From Octopus sinensis (taxonomy: Eukaryota), in NCBI RefSeq assembly GCF_006345805.1, contig NC_043003.1, positions 81,902,001 through 81,966,000 on the forward strand: DNA of 64,000 nt. Reading direction: 5' to 3'. The notes under the pieces are model-generated. The model saw nothing but the letters and a program-made list of their open reading frames with translations, was not told the DNA's origin and searched no databases. How positions within the stretch are numbered: the first letter of the stretch is position 1; each line of letters starts with the position of its first letter. Below, one piece after another: positions 1 through 18,249 of this stretch. The translations under genes were made by a program, and so were the position numbers.

Positions 1-854
1 TGTAGGAAAATATCTGTACGAAGAAAATTTCAAGGTCATGACCAGATCAATGACATTATATAAAATAAATCATACTATAACAACTTAAACAGTTCTCTTT
101 AGCCAGCAGGAAGCAAGTGGGATGCAAATAAATATTTAAGCCAGATCGTTGCAAAAATATGATACACTCATGGGGAATTAAATTAAAACCCATTTTGAAA
201 ATCCGATTAGAGACCTTTAGCTTCTCTAACACCAGTAACAGATTTTACATAAACAGAAAGTAACACATATTACTGAAAATCCGTTTTCCCAATAAGAGGT
301 CAAGAATTGCAATGCAGGAATGGCAAATAGCATGATTTGGCAAAACAAAGGTCCATTGATTTCGTTTCAACACGCTGTCAGTACGCAGAATAGTGTTTTA
401 ATTCCAATCAATTTGAAAATTGGAGAACCGTTTCCATCGAATGTGCGGAAGATTACGAATGTCGTTATAACTTCATATATAATGCTATGCATATGGATGT
501 GCTAATGAGATTTCTATTGATTTTCTTAAATTGTCTTCTCTTAGCCCAAGTTTTGTTTAGGGAACGACAACATGGTATTATGTGCGTTCATGTATCTGTG
601 CGTCTGTGTATGTTGTTATAACAAAGTCAACTAAATAAGGAAATCTTGAAGTCATTTAATACGTTCGTTTCGGGTTTGCATAATAGGTAATACGAAAAGT
701 ATATATTACGTAAAACTTTTTGACTTTTAACATTTCAAAATATGGTTTGACTACTTAACTTATACGTCTCAATGCCAGTAGAAACTAGCCGTTATATACT
801 CACCTTATGCGGATATTCTGACAATGATTCTGAGTCACTTATTACAGTGACACC

Positions 855-899
855 ATGTGTGTGTATGTGTATATATGTATATGTATATGTGTAAATATG

Positions 900-953
<54 letters not shown>

Positions 954-1003
954 TGTGTGTGTTGTGCGCGCGCGCGTGTGTGTGTGTGAGTGTGTGTGTG
1001 TAT
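855..1003. repeat. (TG)/(TA) compound microsatellite, representative of many in the window
   Basis: Similar tracts at 1425-1640, 12829-12877, 13041-13180, 19972-20034, 23811-23985, 31383-31540, 33158-33219, 34807-34889, 37757-37788, 39800-40041, 40831-40970, 43710-43980, 45335-45470, 60156-60277, 61414-61641 and 62145-62250. Confidence 0.95.
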
Positions 1004-1427
1004 AAACACTATTTTGGAACTATCCACTTTTCTGATTTTAAACATATGCAACGATTGTGAGTGTACTCCCGTATTAAAGTGTTGTTTTTCACCATCTCTT
1101 CTTCTGGATCCAACAAATTCATAGTCAAAGCCGTTTACGCTTGAATTATCTTGTCTTGTGACAGGAATGCATGAATACATAGACTAATGCTTACCAATAT
1201 ATGCATTATATTTCTCTTTGGCTATACACTCTCCTATCTTCAGGAAGCGTTGATTGGAGAAAGCTGCTATTCTAATCACAAATAATTCAATGAATAGATA
1301 TAAGACACGTAGGAAACCTTTGTTAAATTTATTTGCAATAACTCCGCCAATTTCTTTTCATTTACGCAAAAGTAGTAATCATAAATTATTGACACCAATA
1401 ATTCTAGTTAGTAATATGTACATATAA

Positions 1428-1495
<68 letters not shown>

Positions 1496-1737
1496 ATATA
1501 TATACATATATATGCATATATATATGCATATATATATACACACATATATATAATACATTTATATATTTATACGTATATATATATACAGTTACACACATAC
1601 ACACACATAAATATATATATATATATTTATATATATTACTATATTTATCGTGCATTACATCGACACAGCCAGTGCGACCCCGAAAACCTGGTATCGCCAA
1701 TTGGCATGATTAGTCTATAGCCGGTATGATAGAATAT

Positions 1738-1883
1738 GTCGACTTTGCCTTTCTTCCTTTCGGGGTCGATTAAATAAGTACCAGTTACGCACTGGTGTCG
1801 ATATAATCGACTTAATCCATTTGTCTGTCCTTGTTTGTCCTCTCTGTGTTTATCCCCTTGTGGGTAGTAAAGAAATAGGTATA
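1738..1883 (+). mobile_element. 3' portion of a SINE (same family as 40309-40523)
   Basis: gtcgactttgcctttc...cctttcggggtcgattaaataagtaccagttacgcactgg...gtgggtagtaaagaaatagg. Confidence 0.75.
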
Positions 1884-2493
1884 TTAGAATAGGAGTTTTT
1901 ATATGAATATCCAAAAACGTTTGCCGTAAACGAACATAAATTATATTCATATACACATATACATATATACAATTATAGCTGTGTTTGTAAGTGTGTGTAT
2001 GTGTGTGTGCAGGCGCGTAGGAGAGTGTGGATTTTACTTGCGTGTACTTGTGTAGCTGCATGCACATCTCATATGATGTTTTCTTCGTACAAAGCAATCG
2101 GTTAGACTACATAACCACAACGATATTCCCCTCCATATATAATTTGGTAGAAATGTACTTTGAATACTCCATTTTTCGTGGTCGTAACTGATTAGTATAA
2201 TATATAATTCAATATGTTTGCATGATATTAAAATTGTTGTCTGAACACTTTGAAACGTGACCACGTTTCCTTTGAAATTTAAAACTGCTGTTTCTCAATT
2301 TTTCCAACCATTTTCTAATCAATAACTTTTTTGCTGATTACAACAAAATTAGAACAAAATATATTAGGTCGTTGAGAAAATATAGTCAGTATTACCTAAA
2401 GCATTAAATCATTTAAATTTTAGACAAGACAAAGAAACAGAAATAATTAATACATAATACGACGCGAACTTATATTACATTAAGTTGATATAA

Positions 2494-2504
2494 TTATGCA
2501 ATAG

Positions 2505-2556
<52 letters not shown>

Positions 2557-2724
2557 TAATAATAGTAATGACGATAATGATGATGATGATGGTGATTATG
2601 ATGGCGGTGATGATGATGATGATAATGAAAATGATAATAATAATAATGACGATGATAATAATGATAATAATAATAGTAGTAGTATTAGTAGTAATAGTAA
2701 TAATAATAATAAAGATAATATAAC
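2494..2724. repeat. Compound (TAA)n/(TGA)n microsatellite
   Basis: Read directly from the sequence. Confidence 0.95.
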
Positions 2725-3779
2725 AAATTCCGGAATTAGACACACATGAAACAAGCACAGAAAAAGCTAAGCGCATGAAAACCCGTGCTAAAACTGGTGC
2801 CTTAGATATTCTGAATGATAAATGGCAAGAAAAATCTCTCAATGGCAAATACCCAAAGAGAGTGAATAATGCAGATGTTGACAAAGCCCTGACCCATCAA
2901 TGGCTAATGGCCTCTGGCTTAAAATCTGAAACAGATGGGTTTATCATAGCAGCTCAAGATCAATGCCTACCTACAAGGAACTACCAGGCCAACATATTAA
3001 AGAACAGCAGTAGCCCAACATGTCGTGTATGTCAACAACAAAATGAAACCATTGATCATGTTGTCTCCAAGTGCAGTCTTCTTGCGCCTACAGAGTATCT
3101 CAACAGGCATGATAGAGCTGCGCAATATATTCACTGGGTAATTTGCAAAAGCCTGGACGTGCCCCATGATAAAAAATGGTGGGAACACAAACCACCTCCA
3201 GTGCTTGAAAATGACCGCATCTCACTCCTCTGGAACTTCACCATTCAAACTGACAGAAAGATAGACGCGAATAGGCCAGACATCATACTAAAAGACTTCA
3301 GACTAAAAACATGCCTCCTCATTTATATGACTGTCCCAATCGATATAAAGGTATCTGTCAAGACCTACCAGAAACTGAGCAAATATAAAGATCTGGAAAT
3401 AGAAATCAGCAAAATGTGGAACCTGAAGACTAAGACAATACCTGTTGTCATGTGCCCTGGGAATGATAGCAAAAGGGGCTGATTGCTACCTAACTCAGAT
3501 ACCAGGAAACCCCAAAATGGCAGAAATTCAAAAGATAGTGCTCATGGGAACTGCTCATATGCTACGCAAAATACTTTCTTTGTAATTTCAAGTTTTAAAA
3601 CAAATTATGTTTTTTTTGTAGGGATTTTTAGGCATTCACTAGTAGAACACTAAGTACAAAACCAAATATTTGGCACCCTAGGCATAACACCAACATGAAC
3701 TTCCAACTTGTTGTCTCTTGAGGTCTCTGGGTGAGACTTGGAGCCAGCTTGTGCAAATCTAAAGCAAAAGTCAAACATA

Positions 3780-3780
<1 letters not shown>
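2725..3780 (+). mobile_element. 5'-truncated Dong/R4 LINE, subfamily B (zinc knuckle + RLE + 3' UTR)
   Basis: ORF 2775-3482 has SETDGFIIAAQDQ, CRVCQQ...HVVSKC, RPDIILK and KLSKYKDLE. Its 3' UTR differs from subfamily A. Preceded by a TAA/TGA tract and followed by (TAA)n. Confidence 0.9.
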
Positions 3781-3811
<31 letters not shown>

Positions 3812-3884
3812 TAATAATAATAATAATAATAATAATAACAGTAATAACAAGCATAACAATAATTTATGTATCAATCCCAATGTA

Positions 3885-4110
3885 TTTCTAAAAGAAACAG
3901 AAAATCTGTGAAAAACAAAAATCTGGAAATAGAGGTTACTTAAATATGGAGCCTAAGATCAGAAACAACTCCTATAATAGTAGTTAGGTATAATTTTAAA
4001 AATACATACATACAGATACATAATCAAAACACCTTGGTTTCCGAATATATATAATATACATAAAATAGCACTACTATGCACCACACACATTCTACGCTAA
4101 ACAGTTTCAA
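3885..4110 (+). mobile_element. Decayed 3' fragment of Dong subfamily A
   Basis: Nucleotide similarity to 17190-17400 (e.g. ctggaaatagaggttact...aaaatagcactacta). Confidence 0.6.
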
Positions 4111-5244
4111 TACAGTGAAAATAACCGCACTAAAACACACCACATTACATATCCGGAGAACCCAGAGTTCAGAGAAAGCCCCTGATATAAATAAGACTAC
4201 TGTATAAAAATACAAATGACCGTAATAATAATCCTTTCGATAAGAGGAACTAGACCTTAAATTTTGGGGGAATGCAATAGTCAATTACATCACCCCAGGG
4301 TTTCATTCGAAAGTATAATAGACATAATTTGAACTGAGTCGGCCTCGGCAGGATTTGAACTCAGAACGTAAAGACGGACAAAATGTTGCAATTCGTTTTG
4401 CCTGGAATGCTAATGATTCTACCAACTCGGCAAGAAGATGGTAATGGTGATCACTGCTCTTTGTTCTTTGGTGTATATTGCTAGTGAAGAGGCCATGCTT
4501 ATTCTGTAAACCCAGAAAGGAAATTGGTGCGAACAGGCTCAATTTTCGCTAATGTGACCACAATAGTAACAAATATAAACACGCATGCGCAGAAGGCTGT
4601 GCGACAATGATATAAAGTTATAGCGAAAGTACGGATAATTTTTTACTTCCCCTCATATATACTCAAACAAAAGGTAAAAGGGAAGAAAGTGAATAATCAA
4701 CACCCATTGGTGCATTTAGTGCATCGTGGCTGAAATCCGTCCTTTAATAGAATTTGTGTTAACGCGACACAGAAAGTGTCATGCTCACACATACAGGCAC
4801 GCACGCACGCAACACATTACAACACAACACAATCGTGGCAAGGTGTGCATATATTGTAAGAGAAAGAGAAACAGAAAGCACCACAATTAGAGAAATAGAG
4901 AGATAGGGAGAAAAGAAAGAAAGAAAGACTTAGATCGGTAGATAGATATATGAATTGGTAGATTAAATATCTGAAAAACGATATGCACAAAAAGAGAACG
5001 ATGGCATTTCGTTAAAGTATTAATATTTTCTGTTTGAATATTGTTTAAAATGAGAAACTTCAGACGCTGTGTTTATTACAAAGAAGATTATGATGAAACA
5101 ACATCCAGTATATTTTCAATCGATCAACAATTCACGTGTGTTTTCATTTTTACATAATTTTAAATAGAGACCTGGATGATAAATATATTCATTTTCTCTG
5201 TGTTGTCTCTGCAAACGCTCATGCAAACACAGACGTATCTTTCT

Positions 5245-5430
<186 letters not shown>

Positions 5431-5514
5431 CGCACTTTCGCTATAACTTTATACATTTAACATTGTCGCAAAGTCTTCTGCACGTGCATGTTTATAGTTG
5501 GTACTATAGGCGTA

Positions 5515-5666
5515 GGAGTGGCTGTGAGGTAGGTTACTTGCTTACGAACCACATGTTTCCGGGTTCAGTCCCACTGCGTGGCACCTTGATCAAGTGTCTT
5601 CTACTATAGTCTCGGGCCGACCAAAGCTTTGTGAGTGGATTTGGTAGATGGAAACTGAAAGAAGCC

Positions 5667-5741
<75 letters not shown>

Positions 5742-5945
5742 TGTATATATGTATGTATGTGTGTGTATATGTTTGTGTGTATGTGTTTGTCCCCCAACAT
5801 CGCTTGACAACCGATACTAGCGGTTCGGCAAAAGAGCCGATAGAATAAGTACTAGGCTTAAAATAATAAGTACTGGAGTCGATTCGCTCGACTGAAAGGC
5901 GGTGCTCTAGCATGGCCACAGTCAAATGACTGAAACGAGTGAAAG
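5515..5945 (+). mobile_element. SINE with an internal (TA)n/(TG)n microsatellite
   Basis: Head ggagtggctgtgaggtagg...gggttcagtccc, then gcgtggcaccttgatcaagtgtctt; microsatellite 5672-5785; conserved tail. Related copies at 8787-9128, 25040-25260 and 7995-8150 (-). Confidence 0.75.
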
Positions 5946-6539
5946 TGTGAAATTTATATATATATATATTTAAATCAATTTGTGTACATGTACTTTGCAT
6001 GTGTGTGTGATGGTGTGCATTTTAGCTATGGACACGCATTTTAGTGCATATATATTTTAGTTTCATATTTATGGAGGTCTTTCTATATATTCTTAATTAT
6101 ATTTAATGCTAGATATTTAAATGATTTTACTTTTGTATAGTTTCATATTGCATTCTTACAATCAACATTTGCTACAAATGAACCAACCATAAAATTACAT
6201 GTTATAGTTTCACTTGCACGCACCTCCTAATATTTTTCGGTGTACATAAACTTAACAAAAATGAGAGATATATCTACTGCATTATTGAATTTAGCTAAGA
6301 CTTCTCTTTGTTGTAATTGACTAAATTATATCTAAAGTCTAGTAGTAGCCAGCATGATGAATTACAATTAGTATTCAACGGAAAGGATTTGCAAGAAGAA
6401 AAAAAAACAGAATCAAATGGAATTACAACTGTAGTTTTGCGTTTCAATCTTGTTTTTAATTTATTGCCTGTTGCTTTTGTTATCCTTAACATTATTTGTT
6501 TGTTTATCTACTTTTTTCTCCCGCTGCTTTAAAACTCTT

Positions 6540-6790
6540 TCGTTTCCTATTCTATATTTCCCTTGTCTTTCCCACTCCCTTTTTATTCAATGTTTTTGTT
6601 CATTTTAATTACTTGCTTTTATTTTATTTTTGTTTTACTTTTTATTCACTTCACTTTCCTATTTTATATTTCCCTCACATTTCTTTCGATTCTCCATTCT
6701 CCCAGCTCCACGAGCTTCTCTTCCTTTTTCTCTTTTTTTTTTATCTATCTTTCATTATCTACTCACATTTCTATTCTCTGTTGTAAATTC
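6540..6790. repeat. Pyrimidine-rich low-complexity tract
   Basis: Almost purely T/C runs with some A; explains the overlapping Phe/Leu-rich ORFs. Confidence 0.7.
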
Positions 6791-8786
6791 CACTTATTTA
6801 GTTGCGAAGCCAGTGAATTAATTTTATCTATATTAACCTGATTTCTCGATTCTTTAATTTGAATTATTTCAGTTTTGCTTTGACAATGCAATATACGTGC
6901 TTACATCCCAGCTCCGATCAGCATTGCCTGCTACGTTCATTCACCATCGGGTGAAGAAGGCGGCAACTGTAGTTTCCGCATTAATAACATTTGTAGTACG
7001 AAGGGAAGCATAACAATGCATCAGGCATTTCTGAGATTAAATTGCCAGAGTTGGTTTCATCAGCAAACAATTTCTATACACTGGCACTGCAGTATGTAAA
7101 AAGAGCAAATAAATAAACAGCTTTTGAAAACATGCTCCAGCTGTAAGAACTACAATATACTTGATGCTCAATTTAGTTTCTTCCATCTAATTTGATTAAA
7201 CACTTAAGTTAGTATCACTCCCTTCCCACATTCATCTCTGCAACGTAGGGTTGTTAATTAGCAATAATCCCATACCGACGCCAGTCATATTTGCATCAAT
7301 ATTATTAGTGAAATAATGATTTTTTAAAAAGAAATGTTTATACTATATATTTTTGCTGGAATCGTATTCATAGATATAAAGTTAAGAGTTACGTTAAAGC
7401 GATTGAGCAGTAGTGAGAATTTCCTAGAGAATCTTATATGTTACAGAATAATCTTTACGGGCATGTTTACAATGATACTGTTATAATCTATGACAGTGCT
7501 ATGACCATTAATAAGAAGAATTTGTACCTTTTGCTTGTTCAAAAGAAGGCTAATATGATGTAAAATATATAGAACTGAAACTAAGCTTTTCATTATACTA
7601 CGATCATAGTATCAAAATTTCGGTCGTCTCAATATTGATAATATAGAATGCAGTCTCTTCTTTCATAAGAGTTACTTTTAGAATCATTGAATAAATATTA
7701 CCATTTCTGAGAACAATGACAAAAAATGCATAGTGATGACAAAGCCTTCCAATGTTAAACGAATGCACATAGAAGATGCATATAAATACATAAAGAAAGA
7801 ATATTTCTGAAGAAATAGATATACTTGTATCTAAATATCATAATTAGGAGAAAACTGAATGATATGAAAATACATTTTTAATGACTTTCGTGAACAAAGC
7901 GTGAAAAATTGAGATTTTTTGGCGCTGTTGCCTGTATCTCAACCTAGGAGTAACTTTTAAGCTTTCCTTATTTCAATCATTGGGCTATGTTTGTATGGGT
8001 GCACTGACTTGAAGAGTTTTTAATCGAACAAATTGACGCCCCTCCATATAATTTTGAAGTCTGGTACTTGTTCTATTGGCATTCTTTTGCCAAACCGCTA
8101 AGTTACGGTGAGGTAACCGAACTAACGTCAGTTATCAAGCTGTGTGAGAAACAGAAATACAAAATAAACTAAGCATCGAAAAAGCCGGAAAGAACGCAAA
8201 AGTGCATACCAAATAGTTATAAAATATTATCGAATATTGTTAGGTATACTGCCTTAAATTATAATGGAAAATCATGTCAATATGTGGCATAAAAATAAGC
8301 ATTGCCATCATCAAACGAAATGGTGACAATTGAAAGTTTCAGTCATGAAATTCTGTGAAAGCCAAAGATTAGCAATTTGGCAAATAATTTTTCGCAATAA
8401 GACTTGTAATCGGGTAAAGAAATAGTCCCTTGTAGTAAGAGGAAGGACACTGGATATTAAAAGAACATTAGACACGATATGTCTAGAGACAAAGAAATGG
8501 AATAAATATATGATCAAGTGTGCAAAGTGGTACAAGTAGAATATAGACTATTTGCTGGATTTTATGATGTAGTTAATGCAAAATGCGTACATGCATTATA
8601 TAGTGTAAACTGCAAATGTGGCTAAAAATTATAGAATATAAAACTATCAGTTAAATCTCCAACGTCAATATATATCTCACTAAATTTAAATATATGAAAC
8701 AGGTATCGCCACTCATTGTCATGTACAAGAACATATGTGCACATGCACACACCGACATGTGTATGTATATATGTATGTATGTATAC

Positions 8787-9128
8787 AGGAGTGGCTGTGT
8801 GGTAAGAAATTTACTTCCTAATCACATAGTTCCGGGTTCAGTTCCACTGACTGACACCTTCGGCAAGTGTCTCCTAGGAAAGCCTCGGGCCAACCAAAAT
8901 CTAGTGACTCTATCTTGGAGTTGAAAACTGAAAAAGACCCTTGTATATATGTATATATATGCGTGTGTATGTGTGTGCATGTGTGTGTCATTTTACCTAT
9001 GGTTTTCCGTCGCCACCGCTTCAAAACCGGTGTTAATGTGTTTACGTCCTTGTTACTAAGCTGTTCGGCAAAGAGTCCGATAAAATGCGTACCAGGCTTA
9101 AAAAATAATAAATACAGGTGTCGATCCA
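8787..9128 (+). mobile_element. SINE, same family as 5515-5945
   Basis: Same head, core, microsatellite and tail order; more diverged. Confidence 0.7.
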
Positions 9129-12100
9129 CAGTGTAATTACTGAAAAAAGCAGAATATACAAGATATACATACGTTAAGAGTAGATTGGAGCAACTTGAAT
9201 TGAAGGGTTTTGCTTAAGAACAAAACGCGTCACCGGGAATAGAACGCACAACCTTACGATTGTGCACATATGTTCTTGTATACTGTATTCATTATGCCAT
9301 TAAATTGTCACTAATTAAATTGTCCAAGAACCAAAAATATCAATATAATTTCGAATAACATATAGTAAACATGATATATACGAATTATTAAGTTCACATC
9401 TTGAAATGAACAAAGACTAAGAAATCAAAGTTTAAAGAAGTTAAAGTTTAAACAAAGGTATTTAAAAAGTTTATATAAATTTCAGACAGTATAATAATTA
9501 ATTTTTTAATGCTCATACGATTTTTGATGTATGTTGAGTTACTTTGTTTGGAATTTAGTTGTAAATGATTAATTACAGTGTATATCTAATCGTCCAACAA
9601 CTTGGATTTCAATTTTAATTTTTAACGCTTACGTAAATAACTTATTGTTGTGCAGAAACATTTTAAATCGAGATCCAAATAACACTTAGCAAATAAGATT
9701 GCTGTCCAAACTTGGAGCTACTTCTTGTCATCATAATTGCAAGTGCTCCTTGTAAAAAAACAGCTGAGGTTTACAATCTCTAATCCAAATGCAGGCTTAA
9801 AAGACATTGCTTTTTAGATGCAATATCTCTGTTCCTCGACTTGCGACAGAAAATTTTCAGTCTCAGGAGATCAACCAGTGTAAGTTTCTTTGGAATATAA
9901 ACTGCTTCCAAACTGTACGAGAGCCTCTTTTCCTTGAGGTGACAAGAATCTGGTGTCACAGCCTATCAATGACTGGCATTTACTCTGGAAACTAATCACA
10001 TTAATGCATGGATAAGTTTCCATAAAAAATACAAACAAATTCAACATGGTGCATCACTTGGGAGACGCATCTACAAAAGTATGCTGATGGGTTTGAAGAC
10101 AACATATGTCAGAAAACTTCTTCCAAATTACCAAGGTTATACGTTCACTGCTCATACCGTTGTACTATTCTCTTAAGTCGTGTCTTCTGTTCACATTTAT
10201 TTTAATAGAAAACTAGCAATCTGTTTCTTTTTTTGTTGGTGCGTTACGGGAAGATGTTATCATGTTTATTAAACATTTCTTCCTGGATTATATCTCGTAG
10301 TTCTCGGTCGTGTTTCTTTTCTTTTAACAAATTAACAGAGGCTGCACTTGGGTAGTCATCACACACTTTATCATCTCTTATTACCAGATCTGCATTTCCT
10401 ATATTCAGAATATCAAGCAAGAGGTCTATAAAATGAATGGAAATCACGATGACTTATACCTCTTTTCTCTTCATTACACGACTCAGTTGTCACCATGACA
10501 ATTATTTATTTCTGTGACTTGTACTACAACGCAGCCTATGTCTCTACTAGTCAGGATCTAATGCGTTAGCTGGGCAACGTTTTCAAAGATACCTGTCAAT
10601 GCAGTAAATTCTTTTTCTTCAAAGTCTTTTTTTAAGTATTGGCTATTTGAAACTTTCGATTGTTTGAGATAGTGGTCATTGTAACTCATTAATAAAAAAA
10701 GAGTATATTGTCATTATTTGATATATTGCATATAAAGTGGCAAGCTGGCAGAATCGTTAGTACGCAGGACAAAATACCTAGCGGTAGTTCGTCCGTCTTT
10801 ACTTTTTTCAGAATTATTTCTGAATTATTTCCATAGAACCTGGTGTTCACGAATGTACGCTCATATCACAAACGAAGTATTCTATATAGATAAAAATGTA
10901 GTTGAAAATACGATCATATGCATATATATATGCATATATATGACATCACAGATTTGTGCAGTTGATCATTAGGAGAACGTTAGAGTTATTCGGAGTAATT
11001 TTACTACCTGCAATTCATGAATATGTAATACGGATGACTGTGTAATTTAGGTTCATATTTATACTGTGATAACTAAAATAATGATTAAATATTGTTTGGC
11101 ACCCATTTTAAGTTGACTTGCTCCGTTTGGAGTAACTTATGAACTCCTGACTTAAACAATACTCGTTAACATTGCGTAGATTCAAATCAACACGCATCAA
11201 ACAAACGTGTGATGAAAGACGTTGCAGGTGCTAACGATGCATTCCACCTTCAAGCCGAATTTATATTGGAAGCAATATTCGGTAGATCCTTTTGGTAAGT
11301 GTGAACTGGCAGATATTCAGCTGGTATATCTAACCGATGCTACTACCGCATAATGCATCTGTCTTTTATGAAGTGCCCTTGAGTTATTTCAAAAAAAAAT
11401 ATCTGTTAGTTTTATGTTAGTACATTCAAATAAAATATACCAAGTTGCAAAACGAAGAAGAATATAACACTACAATAATGAGGCAACTTCAAAATATTAA
11501 ATAATTTAAAAAAGATTTCAGAAAATAGTTACTGGGAACAATGAACTCATCATTCAATCAATTCATATATGTTGTATAAGAGTAAAACACCATTCGCTTA
11601 GTTGATTATAATAACTCGGTATATTACTTATAACTATGCTTTACTATATAATTATGTAACAAATACGTATTGGAAATATACTATAATCGCGATATTTGAC
11701 GAAAGGACAAAGGTCGCTCTCATAAATAAATATATCGTTATTGAAATGCGTTAGCTCGCAAGAACCTCTTTTATTGATAGGTCTTAAGGTTGCATTCATA
11801 TTGTGTATTTGATGATAAATTATACAGTAGATCAACATTGATTTACTCACGCAGATAATGTTTGTTTATTTCAGAAACAGTCGTCTTTAGTATGAAAGTG
11901 TGAAGTTAAAATCTTACATTATTAATTTAAATATACCATATACGATCATATTGTATGTATACCGTTAAAGGTTTTTGCATAATTTCCTATATTTTACATT
12001 GAATCCTAATATGTTACATATACGAGTTCAATTTTACCTAATCTTTATAACAATATTATTTCTCAATAGTACATGCTAGTAAGAAGCTTAGTAATGAATA

Positions 12101-12825
12101 CCTGTACCAAATTATGCTTCCATCAATAATCATTAGTACATGGTGTGGCTTCTGTTGGACAGGACGCAAATGGAAGCTGCCAATCATCGTGATAAAATCC
12201 TTAAAACACGTGCCAATAACATTTATTATTGATGCGGAAGGGAAAATAAGAAAATGTCAAGCTCAATGCATTAAAGTATTCAATTTCGTTGAAATGGGTT
12301 CAGCATACTATTGTGCAGATATCAAATGAAACGTTGATATACATAATGAGATCGGCACAGTTAATGAGACATCTGAATAACTTTGTAAGATTTTGCAATA
12401 TAAGCGTGGATATATGATAGAAACATAGTGAGAGGTGATTGAAGAGATATATACGAAGATAAATAAAGGAAACTTTTACCATATAAAGAAGTCGAGAATC
12501 TCGAATACTTTTCTCAAATAACGCGCGATATTTATTCTATACCATTACTGTATGATCGTAATCACTACACTGAAATACTCAAATGATTTAGCAGTATTAG
12601 ATGTTTGTTGCTGAAAGATATATTGTTAATCCATATTGAAGATTTACTTGAAATCCTGTTGACACATATTTTGCTTTATATTACTTACTTTCATATGAAT
12701 TTTATTAATAATTACTATAATTTGATTACACAAACTCTTTCTATCTCCGATTATAAAGTTTTTGAAAAGATCAAATATTACGCCAACTGTTAGATTGTGA
12801 AGCAGTAATTTTTCAATGTTAACAA

Positions 12826-12879
<54 letters not shown>

Positions 12880-12882
<3 letters not shown>

Positions 12883-13035
12883 TTTCTCTCCTTGATTCTT
12901 TCTGTGTCCCTTTCTGTGGAAGAGCGTAGGCTCGAAACGTTAAAGACTTTTTCACTTCCCGAGCGTTAAACTAATACATATGTATGTTGTCTATACCACC
13001 TGTCTATGTCTTTTGCCTTTTTTGGGAATTCTGCC
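12880..13035 (+). mobile_element. Penelope-like element terminal fragment
   Basis: gaagagcgtaggctcgaaacgtt resembles the PLE terminal/hammerhead motif; the fragment lies between (TA)n tracts. Confidence 0.45.
12906..12947 (+). ncRNA. Minimal type I hammerhead-like motif (variant core CUGUGGA)
   Basis: cttt-CTGTGGA-a-gagc(gtag)gctc-GAAA-C-GTT-aaag; stems I and II pair and helix III is the palindrome AACGTT. A6 is not canonical. Confidence 0.45.
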
Positions 13036-13037
13036 TA

Positions 13038-13091
<54 letters not shown>

Positions 13092-13464
13092 GAGAGAGAG
13101 AGATGTAGGTAGGTACATACATACATACATACAGAAAAATAAACAGAAATAAAGACAGACAGACAGATAGATAGATAGAGATTAAAATATAAATGAAAAA
13201 ATAAAACGTTTGGCATATGAATTCGTCCTTTAATTTGAAGGTTTCCAAAAAATCTTTCTAATGTTGATACTTCATACTTTGCTGGGAATTCACAGGCGTA
13301 AATTTGCGAAGATAGAAAAGTAGTACTTGTATATAATGTATGGTGAATTTATAGAATGAAGTCCCATAAAACACATGAATTTAGTTAAAAATCTAGGAAA
13401 CAAGTCGGTAAAATATATTAGAAGTTTAACTTTTGCAGACGAACGTTTCGTACAGAGATATATA

Positions 13465-18232
<4,768 letters not shown>

Positions 18233-18249
18233 AATAATAATAATAATAA

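Noticed and set aside
1195-1352. Minus-strand open stretch KEIGGVIANKF...KEKYNAYI ending at a GTAAGC donor
   Set aside because: Poor acceptor, no recognised homolog and no compatible partner exon; compatible with chance.
842-1720. ORFs rich in YI/CV/HT/IIII/LSIY here and throughout the track
   Set aside because: They are translations of (TA)n, (TG)n, (TAA)n and (TATC)n microsatellites.
6870-7095. GC-richer patch with splice-like signals on both strands
   Set aside because: Most frames contain stops and none matches the missing CA exon (no WG...C...QSP).
9818-11294. Plus-strand exon-like segments 9818-9879 and 11180-11294
   Set aside because: Spliced in the phase required by the CARP gene they give a stop, and they have no CA similarity; at most cryptic exons.
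12102-12199. In-frame TGA in a candidate antisense exon, read as selenocysteine
   Set aside because: No SECIS-like AUGA/AA/GA stem was found after the putative stop at 10244, and there is no selenoprotein-like motif.
12114-12329. ORF with WCGFC and PITFIIDAEGKI, resembling a TlpA/thioredoxin fold
   Set aside because: The motifs are only about 20 residues apart, far too close for the fold, and there is no splice support.
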